From assembly GCA_039799225.1 (NCBI GenBank), contig JBDLTF010000005.1, forward strand, positions 2,884 through 66,883: a DNA stretch of 64,000 nt, in the 5' to 3' direction. A model generated the notes under the pieces. The model did no database searches. It was not told where the DNA came from and saw only the letters and a program-made list of their open reading frames with translations. This DNA is from Candidatus Parcubacteria bacterium. GTDB lineage: Bacteria; Patescibacteriota; Minisyncoccia; Phycocordibacterales; PALSA-1337. Shown piece after piece: positions 8,834 to 17,781 of the stretch (its first letter is position 1; each line of letters opens with the position of its first letter). A program made the translations under genes and the position numbers.

Positions 8834-10153
8834 CTAAAGGTACGACAATGGGTTCAAGTACGCATTGAGAGGCGCGTACGGGATCATAATTCCGGGACAT
8901 GATCTGCTGTTTGCAACTTGGAAGCCGTCGGTTGCATACACGCCAAAGTGGAGATGCGGACCGGTGGTGAAGCCTGTGTTGCCGCTGTAGCCGACGATTT
9001 GACCTCGAGCTATAGTATCGCCAATCTTAACGGTGTTGAGTGACATATGAGCGTATAAGGTCGTCAAACCATTTGGATGCTCGACGGATACCCAATTTCC
9101 GTATCCACACTTGATTCGAGATGCCGTAGCGAAGGTATGACTGACAACTCCACCCGCAGCAGATTTTATCGGCGTTCCAACAGAAGCTCTCAAATCAATT
9201 CCATTATGTTCGCCACTAGATCCTTTGTAGACTTGCGGATTTGCAGTCGAAAACGTCGTGTTTCCGAAATACTGCGTGATAGACGGTGCATCTATCGGCC
9301 ACGACAAAACTCCTGAACCAACTCGGGGGATACTCGAAGAATCAACAGAAGTAAGAGCTTGTTCAAGCAGTGCCACTTCCCTCTCAAATGATTCTTTCAA
9401 AGCCTGACGCTCCTTCAACACTCTCTGGTATTGTGACTCACTTTGCTTCGTTTCCTTGAGCAGATAATTTTGTTCAGCGACTGTTTCTAAAACAACTTTC
9501 TTCTGATCATTCAACTGCTTGCTCAACGTAACAAGTTCAGTCTTAGCCTTCTCGGTCGCTTTCTTATTGGTCTCAAGGTTGGTCTTGGCACTCTGAAGGC
9601 TGGCAATACGGTCTATAAGCGCATTCTGGACTGCAGCAATACTGTCCATCGAGTTCCATGCGGTTGAGAGTGATTTCTCGCCAAGAAGAAGCTCAGGCAA
9701 TGATTTGTCGCCTATTTCATTCACGCTCTGATATGAGCGCGTGATGATACGACGGTCTTCAGTAATAGTCTCTTCTTTGTCTGATATCTGCCCACCAAGC
9801 TGTTTGATGAGTAGATTCTTCTCGGCAATTTTATTCTCAGTGACTTTGATATCGGCCTCGAGCTTCTTCTGAGTAAGCTGAAGCGACTTGATGGTCGCAG
9901 ATAGTGACGAGACTTGCGTACCGATCTCATTGAGCTGTTTCTGATAACTGGCGATTTCTTTTTCAAGTGCCTGAATATCATTCGCGCGCTGATCTATCTT
10001 CGTTTGCAATTCATCAGCTGATTGTGCGAATACTGATGAGAAAAATACTGTGCACACACAGACGAGTACAAGAATAGAAATGAAAAAAGCGAAACGGTAG
10101 GGGACTCCCCTATTCTTGTTGCCCTGCGTAGTTGTGTTCGGAAGATGTCGCAT
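8834..10153 (-). CDS. M23 family metallopeptidase with N-terminal coiled coil (EnvC/NlpD-like)
   Basis: Signal/TM segment, long coiled-coil region, C-terminal LytM/M23 motifs GIDLRASVGTPI and GNTGFTTGPHLHF. Confidence 0.8.
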   Translation of the reverse strand: MRHLPNTTTQGNKNRGVPYRFAFFISILVLVCVCTVFFSSVFAQSADELQTKIDQRANDIQALEKEIASYQKQLNEIGTQVSSLSATIKSLQLTQKKLEADIKVTENKIAEKNLLIKQLGGQISDKEETITEDRRIITRSYQSVNEIGDKSLPELLLGEKSLSTAWNSMDSIAAVQNALIDRIASLQSAKTNLETNKKATEKAKTELVTLSKQLNDQKKVVLETVAEQNYLLKETKQSESQYQRVLKERQALKESFEREVALLEQALTSVDSSSIPRVGSGVLSWPIDAPSITQYFGNTTFSTANPQVYKGSSGEHNGIDLRASVGTPIKSAAGGVVSHTFATASRIKCGYGNWVSVEHPNGLTTLYAHMSLNTVKIGDTIARGQIVGYSGNTGFTTGPHLHFGVYATDGFQVANSRSCPGIMIPYAPLNAYLNPLSYL

Positions 10154-10177
10154 GATTCATGGTCGTCCGTCCTACAA

Positions 10178-11563
10178 CTATCCGAGTTTCTTAAGAGCAC
10201 TGTCGACTCTCTTAATAGCCTCTTCCCTGCCGAGCACCGCTGCGGAAATGAAAGGGTCTGGGGATTTATCTTGTCCGGTGAGTGACATGCGGAGTGGCCA
10301 GAGGACATCGCCTTTACCATTGGCTTCTACGTACGGCCAGAGTGCATTTTTGACAGTGTCAGCGGTAAATTCCTTGGTGGAAATTCCTGAAAGAATCTCT
10401 GAAACTTTGGTGAGATGAGCAGAAGCGGCCTTTGCATCAGGATTTTTCTTCCAGAGAAGTGTATCTGTCGCATACTCCTTGATCATGTGTACAAACGCAA
10501 GCTCACCATCGGCTGCAAGCATAGTGGAGACTTCTGCGAATGTAGTGATCTTGTCGCGCAAAATAGGTACAAGTCTCTTGAATGTATCACTCTTAGGTAC
10601 GACCCATTCTGGCAAGAATGGAATAGTGTACTCAATAAAATCAGCATCGGAAAGTTTCAAAACATACTGACGATTGAACCACTTGAGTTTCTCACCATCG
10701 AAGACTGCGCCTGACTTCTGCACGCGATCAAGAGAGAACTCCTTCACGATTTCGTCTACTGACAATACTTCCCTGTCGTCTGACGGATGCCAACCGAGGA
10801 GTGAAAGATAGTTGACGATGGCTTCGCGGATAAATCCCTTGTCGCGATATTCACTGATAGGAACGGCACCCTTCCTCTTGGAAAGCTTTGATTTATCGGC
10901 AGAAAGAAGGAGTGGAATATGCGCATAGTGAGGTATAGGAGCGCCTATAGCCTCAAATATGAGAATCTGGCGCGGAGTATTGGAGATATGATCCTCACCA
11001 CGAATGATGTGAGTGATACCCATCTCGTGATCGTCGATGACCACAACGAGATGGAACACAGGCTCGTCTTCACTCTTGGCGATGACGAAGTCACCGAGCT
11101 CAGTGGTATCAAACTCGATGCGTCCGCGAATGATATCATCGAAGACAACTTTCTTGTTGGGATTCTTGAAACGGATAACGCTCGAGCGGAGCTGACTAGG
11201 TTCTATCTGTCTGCCCTCCTTGGCGGCATTTTTGATAGTCTCTTGATTCTTGGCAGTCTCGTCGGAAACGTAGGCGTGACCAGATGCAATCATCTGGTGA
11301 ATATATGTCTTGTACATCTCGGTACGATCAGACTGACGATAAAATTCATCATATTCAAGACCGAGCCACTTCAAACTCTCGACGATGTTTTCCTCATATT
11401 CCTTCTTGGAGCGCTCCTTGTCAGTATCTTCAATACGGAGGATGAATTTACCCTTGTTCTGGCGCGCATATATCCACGAAAAAAGCGCCGTACGGTATGA
11501 TCCAGCATGGAAATAGCCTGTCGGCGACGGGGCAAAGCGGGTTACTACTTTTTGGGTAGACAT
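10178..11563 (-). CDS. gltX: glutamyl-tRNA synthetase
   Basis: VVTRFAPSPTGYFHAG (HIGH-type) and KLSKRKG (KMSKS). Confidence 0.9.
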   Translation of the reverse strand: MSTQKVVTRFAPSPTGYFHAGSYRTALFSWIYARQNKGKFILRIEDTDKERSKKEYEENIVESLKWLGLEYDEFYRQSDRTEMYKTYIHQMIASGHAYVSDETAKNQETIKNAAKEGRQIEPSQLRSSVIRFKNPNKKVVFDDIIRGRIEFDTTELGDFVIAKSEDEPVFHLVVVIDDHEMGITHIIRGEDHISNTPRQILIFEAIGAPIPHYAHIPLLLSADKSKLSKRKGAVPISEYRDKGFIREAIVNYLSLLGWHPSDDREVLSVDEIVKEFSLDRVQKSGAVFDGEKLKWFNRQYVLKLSDADFIEYTIPFLPEWVVPKSDTFKRLVPILRDKITTFAEVSTMLAADGELAFVHMIKEYATDTLLWKKNPDAKAASAHLTKVSEILSGISTKEFTADTVKNALWPYVEANGKGDVLWPLRMSLTGQDKSPDPFISAAVLGREEAIKRVDSALKKLG

Positions 11564-11758
11564 GAGGGTAGTATAGCAGAAATCAGCGGTTTATAAACAC
11601 AAAAGCCCCCGAAAGGGCTCTTGTATTGTCTGTTGTGCGGATCACCAGTAAAAGTGACTCGCGAGCCCAGAATGGATTACCCATTCCAGTCCACCAGTCG
11701 AGATTTAATCGACATAGAAAGTCTATCAACTTGTCAGAGCACCGTCAAATAAGTTCAC

Positions 11759-11826
11759 TGGACTCAAGGGGAATCGAACCCCTAAATCTATTTTGACAAG
11801 AATAGATTCGGAGCCATCCTGAGCCC
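11759..11826 (-). tRNA. tRNA-like element (perfect T-arm + acceptor; anticodon/D region non-canonical), possibly an unusual tRNA or a tRNA-derived fragment
   Basis: Minus-strand GGGCTCA...AGGGGTTCGATTCCCCTTGAGTCCA. Acceptor 7/7 paired with one G-U. Canonical T-loop TTCGATT. The middle folds as an 8-bp stem with an 8-nt loop (AATCTATT CTTGTCAA AATAGATT), not a standard anticodon arm. Total length is only 68 nt. Confidence 0.3.
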
Positions 11827-11848
11827 TCCGCGGAATTACTTCCGCGCT

Positions 11849-11900
11849 AAAATCATACACAATCAAAATGAAGGAATTGTGATGAAGTGATAGAGAAACT
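11849..11900 (-). promoter_or_regulatory. conserved upstream motif, copy 2 (minus strand GTTTCTCTATCACTTCATCACAATTCCTTCATT followed by TTGATTGTGTATGAT)
   Basis: Sits just upstream, in the sense orientation, of the tRNA-like element and the gltX leader. 23/27 identical to copy 1 over the core. Confidence 0.5.
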
Positions 11901-11908
11901 ATGATGAT

Positions 11909-12883
11909 CTATTTGATCACCGAATTCTTGACCGTCCCATGCTCGAGAAAATCAATTACATTCTGCGCAACCACCTTCGCCATCTCGTTACGGGCAGACT
12001 CACGTGCAGAGGCTATATGAGGCGTTAGGATGACATTAGGGAGCTTGGCGAGGCCACGGGCAAGCTTGGGTTCAAATTCGAAAACATCGAGGCCAGCGCC
12101 CGCAATAGTGCCGTCTTGTAGAGCTTTGACTAGAGCATTTTCATCAACAACAGGACCACGAGCGGTATTAATCAAGAATGCCGTCTGCTTCATCATCTTA
12201 AGACGAAGTTCATTCATGAGATGATGAGTCGAATCGAGAAGAGGTACGTGGAGACTCACAACATCAGACTGAACAAGAACTTCCTCAATCGTCTCACAGC
12301 GACGTGCGTGGTAATCATGATCGAGTGTCTCATTACGATTTACATCATAATAGAAAATTTCCATATCGAAGCCGTGATAACAATGATGCGCAACCCTCTC
12401 CCCTATTCTGCCTGCGCCAATGAGGCCAAGCTTCTTACCCTTGAGATCAGTACCGACCAGATTCATCGGTGACCAGCCTTTGTATTTACCAGCGCGGGTG
12501 AAGCGATCTGCTTCGACCATACGAGTAGTGAGTCCGAGCATAAGTGCGAGTGTATGCTCAGCAATAGTGTGCGCATAATTCCCCGGAGCATTAGCCGCCT
12601 GAATACCGCGCTTCTTTGCTTCTACAGTATCGATATTGTCAAACCCAGTTGCATAGTTCGCGTAGAATTTAACGCTTGGCACTGCTTCAAACAAAGTTGC
12701 ATCAACCTTGTCGGTCAATAATGAGATAACTGCATCATACGGCTTCTTCTGAAGTGCTTTGATGATTTCTCGCTGACTTGGAACACAATCATGAGGATAT
12801 ACATCAACATCGTATCCTCTCTTCTTGAGCATTTCGATAGCAATATCTGGAATGACGCGTGTGATATAGACTGATTTGGACAT
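11909..12883 (-). CDS. D-isomer-specific 2-hydroxyacid dehydrogenase (glycerate/hydroxypyruvate reductase family)
   Basis: NAD-binding GLIGAGRIGERVA. Catalytic-domain architecture typical of this family. 324 aa. Confidence 0.8.
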   Translation of the reverse strand: MSKSVYITRVIPDIAIEMLKKRGYDVDVYPHDCVPSQREIIKALQKKPYDAVISLLTDKVDATLFEAVPSVKFYANYATGFDNIDTVEAKKRGIQAANAPGNYAHTIAEHTLALMLGLTTRMVEADRFTRAGKYKGWSPMNLVGTDLKGKKLGLIGAGRIGERVAHHCYHGFDMEIFYYDVNRNETLDHDYHARRCETIEEVLVQSDVVSLHVPLLDSTHHLMNELRLKMMKQTAFLINTARGPVVDENALVKALQDGTIAGAGLDVFEFEPKLARGLAKLPNVILTPHIASARESARNEMAKVVAQNVIDFLEHGTVKNSVIK

Positions 12884-12996
12884 ATTACTAGTGATTATAC
12901 TACCAAAATGACATTTATGAATTTAGTTGAAATTATAATGCTATTTTAGCACGATTTTCTATTTACTCTTGAAAGCTAATCAATAATAAAAAATAT

Positions 12997-13899
12997 TTAA
13001 GAACCATTTAATTCTATTATTGCATTTAACTCACTAATAAAGTCATAAATAAGATCATTTGAAATAATTACGCCCAGACTTTCATAATCATCACCACTTA
13101 CCATAGATGGTATACCGATCCTGCAACCATACTGGTCAACCGCCAAACCTCCGGAATTACCGTGACTAATTTTTGCGGAAGTTATTATTAAACCATCTTT
13201 TGCTAATAAACTACTTACAATTCCATCAGTTATAGTAAGTGCATATCCACCACTGATTGCTGGATATCCGTAGATTCTCACAGGCTCACCGAGCTTCACA
13301 TTCTCATTCCTACAGTATTTATTACTATCATAAGCCGGGAAATTCTTAGGATAAACTCCGTATGTCTTACCTTCATCCATATCATAATAAACATCATCTA
13401 TCTGTACAAAAGCGAGGTCGTATTGTTCACTCAAATCAGGGATTACAATTGGATATGCGGTGTATATTTCATCAGGTGCACCACTAGAAGGATCGGGTAG
13501 TATAACAAGGCAACTTGAAGTATCTTCTGCCCCTTTAGGAATTATATGAGCATTAGTTAGAACAAGTCCGTCCTCCGTCAAAATAGTACCTGAGCCGCCA
13601 GAGGTATCTTCTTCTTTTTCTCCAGTACAGTAAATATTCACAACTGCTGATGCTATATCTAGGTTTGTTTGATCACTTGCGGGTTTTATTCTCTTACTAT
13701 TATAAAAAAATACTAGTCCAACAATTACAATCAACAAAAAGATACCGCACGCAACAACTACTCTACTTTTAGTAAAATATTTTTTTGTTTTATTGAGAGC
13801 TTGAGTCTGATCTTCTCGAAGTATTTGTACCTCTGCACCGCATGACGTGCAAAATTTTATATTTTCTTTTATTTCATTCCCACATGATGTACAAAACAT
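12997..13899 (-). CDS. double-zinc-ribbon / TM / trypsin-like serine protease (S1-like) protein
   Basis: N-terminal FCTSCGN...FCTSCGA. One TM. His (TNAHI), Asp (DLAFVQID) and Ser (GNSGG) catalytic triad motifs. Confidence 0.7.
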   Translation of the reverse strand: MFCTSCGNEIKENIKFCTSCGAEVQILREDQTQALNKTKKYFTKSRVVVACGIFLLIVIVGLVFFYNSKRIKPASDQTNLDIASAVVNIYCTGEKEEDTSGGSGTILTEDGLVLTNAHIIPKGAEDTSSCLVILPDPSSGAPDEIYTAYPIVIPDLSEQYDLAFVQIDDVYYDMDEGKTYGVYPKNFPAYDSNKYCRNENVKLGEPVRIYGYPAISGGYALTITDGIVSSLLAKDGLIITSAKISHGNSGGLAVDQYGCRIGIPSMVSGDDYESLGVIISNDLIYDFISELNAIIELNGS

Positions 13900-13904
13900 A
13901 AAAA

Positions 13905-14372
13905 TTACTTAGCTGCGACAGAAATGCCGCAATTACCACAGAATTTTAGCTCTTTTATGGCTTGCGTACCACAACTTGAGCAATAACTTATCCGAATATC
14001 TTTATCCTTGGGAAAAAATTCAGTCTCAACAACTTCAGATTTAACTGCATCCTGTGAACCACTACTAAGTAAACTTATTCGGATATGATATTCTTCGTTA
14101 GTGATTTTGCCATCTACTAGGAGCTGATTTGTTTCTGCAAGAGGCTCCATTTGAGTAAACTGATCTCCATTCAATGTTACGCCGTATTTACAGACCGGAC
14201 AAGACAAGTAATGCTCTATTTTGTAAGGAAAAACTGGAATAAAAAATAAAGTAAACCAGGTCTTTATTTTGGTCAAAACCCAGTAGTGCTCGTTGTGGCA
14301 GTGGCTGCAAAGTTTTTTGAAAACTGGACCAAAGTTTTTAATTGTTTGAAAGCCCCAGCCAAAAATAATCAT
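13905..14372 (-). CDS. zinc-ribbon-containing small protein
   Basis: CSHCHNEH...CPVCKYG and C-terminal YCSSCG...FCGNCG. One hydrophobic segment. Confidence 0.5.
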   Translation of the reverse strand: MIIFGWGFQTIKNFGPVFKKLCSHCHNEHYWVLTKIKTWFTLFFIPVFPYKIEHYLSCPVCKYGVTLNGDQFTQMEPLAETNQLLVDGKITNEEYHIRISLLSSGSQDAVKSEVVETEFFPKDKDIRISYCSSCGTQAIKELKFCGNCGISVAAK

Positions 14373-14377
14373 GATTT

Positions 14378-15274
14378 TTAATTTTCAGCTAAATAATCAT
14401 AAACTTCCTGTGGCACCTCTACCCCATTCGCAATCGCTTTTCGTAAATAAATTTGAGCATTTATAGGATCATCATTTCTTGCATATGACAATCCAAGCCA
14501 ATAAGCAATGTATGTATCCGCATCAAGAGTTATGCTGGAAAATATTGAGATGGCTTGAGGATAATTTTCATTGAAATAGTAAGCCATACCGAGGTTTTGC
14601 TTGGCAATCTGCAAATCAGTCAATTGGACTGCACGTTGAGCATATTTCAATGCTTTCGGGTAATCAACATACTGAGGAGCATTATCTTCTAAGTCCATGT
14701 AAAAAAGTGCGAGCGAGTTATTAATTTGAAAATCATTAGGATCTTTTGAATAAGCCTTATTAAAGGCAAGCAAAGCTGCATTTGGCTTACTCTCAAGCAT
14801 TGCTATTTCTCCCGCAATCAAATAGTAATCGAAAGAATCACTCAGTGCTATTATAAGAGCTTCTTTGAAGGTGCTGATTGCCAAATCATTTTGTCCCTCA
14901 CCTGAATAGACGTAGGCAAGATTTTTAAGAGTGTTTACCTTATTTTCATTTGAGACCGCATCATGTGATGCTTGCTGGAGTTGATTTAAAGCTTGCTGAC
15001 TATTTCCAGAGTCATAGTTTGAAACTGCACTATTATTTTTCTCTATAACAGCATCATCCATAGATGCATATACAATCCATCCAACGATAGCAACAATAAA
15101 AAGCAGTTTAAATACCCTACCTATATTTCTCGATGCCTTAAATTTTGTTTTTCTAAAATTTGGGATACTTTGTTTTTGAGATAAACTGGTTTTAACTCCT
15201 AAAAGTTCTTTACCACAATTAGTACAGAACTTATTCAAACTATCTGATTTTGTGCCACAATTTTCGCAAAACAT
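14378..15274 (-). CDS. double-zinc-ribbon / TM / TPR-repeat protein
   Basis: N-terminal FCENCG...FCTNCG. One TM (FKLLFIVAIVGWIVYASM). TPR-like repeats in the C-terminal half. Confidence 0.65.
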   Translation of the reverse strand: MFCENCGTKSDSLNKFCTNCGKELLGVKTSLSQKQSIPNFRKTKFKASRNIGRVFKLLFIVAIVGWIVYASMDDAVIEKNNSAVSNYDSGNSQQALNQLQQASHDAVSNENKVNTLKNLAYVYSGEGQNDLAISTFKEALIIALSDSFDYYLIAGEIAMLESKPNAALLAFNKAYSKDPNDFQINNSLALFYMDLEDNAPQYVDYPKALKYAQRAVQLTDLQIAKQNLGMAYYFNENYPQAISIFSSITLDADTYIAYWLGLSYARNDDPINAQIYLRKAIANGVEVPQEVYDYLAEN

Positions 15275-15283
15275 ATTTGTATT

Positions 15284-15769
15284 TTATTTTAGGACGTTAT
15301 CAGGTAACTTATTCAGCTCAAATAAACTAATGATAACTGAAATAAAAAGTGCAATCTCTCCAAGACTTGATATGATTTCGACCTTCTGAAAAGCTATAAC
15401 AATGATAGTAAGTACTAAAATTATAGTGGCTATCCTGTGATCTGCCTTTGCTAACCTAATAAGCCCCCATATTCCGAATACAATGATCATTAGACCACCT
15501 ATGAATCCTACTGTACCTAGAAATACCTCGGACACATCACCAGCAAATGGTAAAAAGAGAAGACATATCGTTACTATCCACGGCCAAACAATCAACTTAC
15601 AGAGCAATTTATTTGATATTTTTCTGTTGGGTATCTTTATCTTCTCGTTAGATATTGCTGTATTAGCGATTTTATGACTTGAACTGTTTCCTATGGCCTT
15701 TCCACACCTAGCACAAAACATTGCACTATTTTTTATTTCATTTCCACATTCCCTGCAAAATTTGTTCAT
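15284..15769 (-). CDS. double-zinc-ribbon N-terminal multi-pass membrane protein
   Basis: N-terminal FCRECG...FCARCG followed by 3-4 predicted TM helices. Confidence 0.55.
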   Translation of the reverse strand: MNKFCRECGNEIKNSAMFCARCGKAIGNSSSHKIANTAISNEKIKIPNRKISNKLLCKLIVWPWIVTICLLFLPFAGDVSEVFLGTVGFIGGLMIIVFGIWGLIRLAKADHRIATIILVLTIIVIAFQKVEIISSLGEIALFISVIISLFELNKLPDNVLK

Positions 15770-15803
15770 AAATTATTTATAAATAATAGACACTTTATTT
15801 GAG

Positions 15804-15846
15804 GTATTTGACTTAAACATAATAATACAATAACTAAGTCAAATAC
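15804..15846. promoter_or_regulatory. perfect 12-bp inverted repeat GTATTTGACTTA-N19-TAAGTCAAATAC (candidate operator) upstream of the zinc-ribbon gene
   Basis: Exact palindrome arms 35-75 nt upstream of the start at 15769. Contains a TTGACT -35-like hexamer. Confidence 0.4.
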
Positions 15847-15977
15847 ACTATAATCCAGACTTTGGGTAATGGTGGATAATTAAATTTATTAATAAACCAT
15901 CATAGCTCGTCAAAAACTGCCCTAAGACCAAAAGAGCCGCCTTGCGGCGACTCTTCTGGTCGAACAAATCTGAAATA

Positions 15978-16481
15978 CTATCCCTTGATGCCGGCACCGA
16001 CTGCAGCTGCAGCACGGAAGAGCTTCATGATGATGTTGCCCTTGGAATCCTTGATTGGAAGATCCTTAGAAGCATCAAACTTCATGTCACCATCATCTGA
16101 GTGGAGCATAGCGTAATAGATACCTCCTTCAACAGTCGGCTTGGTGAGAGTGATCTTGCCTGTGTTGATACCCTTTGCGAAGTACATTGTTCCGATAACA
16201 TCTCCTGGCTGACCATTCTTGTCAGCGTGGATAGCAACGAATCCGCCATTGGCGAGCTGGACTGATGAAAGGAATACAACGTTACCAGGATACTGGTCGG
16301 ACATAACAACACGGTTGATCTCGGTGGCTGCACCTCCGCTGGTATCACCCAAGGCGGTAGTGTCCATCGTGTCAGATCCCTTGTTTCCGAAGACCATGAT
16401 ACCGATGACGATAAGGGCGATGATGACGATAGCTGTGACGATCCACTGCCATGCCTTGATGCCGCTCTGTTCTGGATTCAT
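15978..16481 (-). CDS. hypothetical membrane-anchored protein
   Basis: N-terminal TM (WQWIVTAIVIIALIVIGIMVF) and a roughly 130-aa extracytoplasmic domain. No family recognised. Confidence 0.5.
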   Translation of the reverse strand: MNPEQSGIKAWQWIVTAIVIIALIVIGIMVFGNKGSDTMDTTALGDTSGGAATEINRVVMSDQYPGNVVFLSSVQLANGGFVAIHADKNGQPGDVIGTMYFAKGINTGKITLTKPTVEGGIYYAMLHSDDGDMKFDASKDLPIKDSKGNIIMKLFRAAAAVGAGIKG

Positions 16482-16601
16482 ATATTTATTACTTAATTTT
16501 TAAGTTATTAATTTCGACAGTTTTTAGACTTGTATCATACCATGGGGCCAAATGGCCGTACAGTAGATATATCAATTGACTACACTTAACGAAACATGTT
16601 G

Positions 16602-17735
16602 TTATTTCTCGTGTTGTAGCGCGATATCCAAAATTACATCAGCGATAACTTGAGCGCTGTCGAGACGAGCGAATGCCTTGGCCTGGCGCTTCATAGTCTC
16701 CTTGATATTCTCTGAGCCATAGATGCGGTCTATTTCCCCTATAACGATATGGGCACTCAAATTGTTCTCTTCAACGACCGAAGCTGCACCGGTGCGACCG
16801 TAAGCAAATGCATTGGCAGTCTGATCATGACTCACCGATGTAGGTAGAGGAATAATGATCGACGGGACACCCCAAGATGCTATCTCGAATATCGTAGATC
16901 CTGCGCGCGATACGATAACATCAGCGACGCCAGCTGACATACGCAGAGCAAGCTCATTGAGATAGTCGAATGGATGGTAGCGTGAAGCGTATGGATGATC
17001 CTTGAGAAATACTGAGGTTGTTTGTTTGATTTCCTCAAGATTGGCCCTGCCGGTCTGGTGAATAACCTGATATTTATTGAGAAGTTCAGGAAGACCTTGA
17101 ATGATAGCGTCATTGATAGCTGCAGCTCCCTGAGATCCACCAAGAACGAGAACGACTGGTGTATTCTGCTCCAACTGAAGGAATTCATGCGCGCCATTGG
17201 AAAGTGGCTGCGCTATATCGCTCCTGATAGGACATCCAGTGAGTGCCACCACGCCCGGCTTCTTGGTGAAGTATTCTGCAGCCTCAGGGTATGAGATAGC
17301 AATTTTCTTCGCGAACTTCCCCGCCCATGCGTTAACGCGACCCGGCTTACTGTCTGATTCATGAATGATGACGGGAATCTTAAGCAGCTTTGCGGCGAAC
17401 AGTGTCGGGAAGCTTGCATAACCACCCTTACCGAAAACAACATCTGGATAGATACGGAAAAGGCTACTGACAGCTGATATACAACCGAAGAATGTCTTGA
17501 ATAAGTCGGTAAAATTGAGGAGTGAGAAGTAGCGTCGCATCTTACCTGCAGAGACGCTCACATACTCGAGCTCATTATCGAAAAGGGCGCGTGCATTGTA
17601 CTTACTCGGCGCCATATAGTAGAGCTGAGGAGCAATAATCTTGCGCTCATTCATGCGAGTGCGCAATGCTTGGACGACGGCAATAATCGGATAGAAATGA
17701 CCTCCTGTGCCTCCTCCCGTAAATAAGATTTTCAT
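16602..17735 (-). CDS. murG: undecaprenyldiphospho-muramoylpentapeptide beta-N-acetylglucosaminyltransferase
   Basis: MKILFTGGGTGGHFYPIIAV N-terminus. GT28 architecture. 377 aa. Confidence 0.9.
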   Translation of the reverse strand: MKILFTGGGTGGHFYPIIAVVQALRTRMNERKIIAPQLYYMAPSKYNARALFDNELEYVSVSAGKMRRYFSLLNFTDLFKTFFGCISAVSSLFRIYPDVVFGKGGYASFPTLFAAKLLKIPVIIHESDSKPGRVNAWAGKFAKKIAISYPEAAEYFTKKPGVVALTGCPIRSDIAQPLSNGAHEFLQLEQNTPVVLVLGGSQGAAAINDAIIQGLPELLNKYQVIHQTGRANLEEIKQTTSVFLKDHPYASRYHPFDYLNELALRMSAGVADVIVSRAGSTIFEIASWGVPSIIIPLPTSVSHDQTANAFAYGRTGAASVVEENNLSAHIVIGEIDRIYGSENIKETMKRQAKAFARLDSAQVIADVILDIALQHEK

Positions 17736-17781
17736 GGCTGGAATTATAGCACTAAAGATAACGGGATAGGTAGATGTTGTT

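Noticed and set aside
10560-11563. T-box riboswitch upstream of gltX
   Set aside because: A leader terminator exists, but I could not find the conserved T-box sequence (AAUUAGGGUGGNACCGCG). The nearest match, TGGTGATCCGCAC, is weak. Kept only as a note within the tRNA-like finding.
11565-11908. tmRNA (ssrA), including a permuted two-piece form, suggested by a 345-nt intergenic region ending in a tRNA-like T-arm/acceptor
   Set aside because: Only about 70 nt lie 5' of the acceptor before the neighbouring CDS. No complementary GGGG 5' end was found in either standard or permuted position. No tag-peptide reading frame ending in ALAA-stop was seen.
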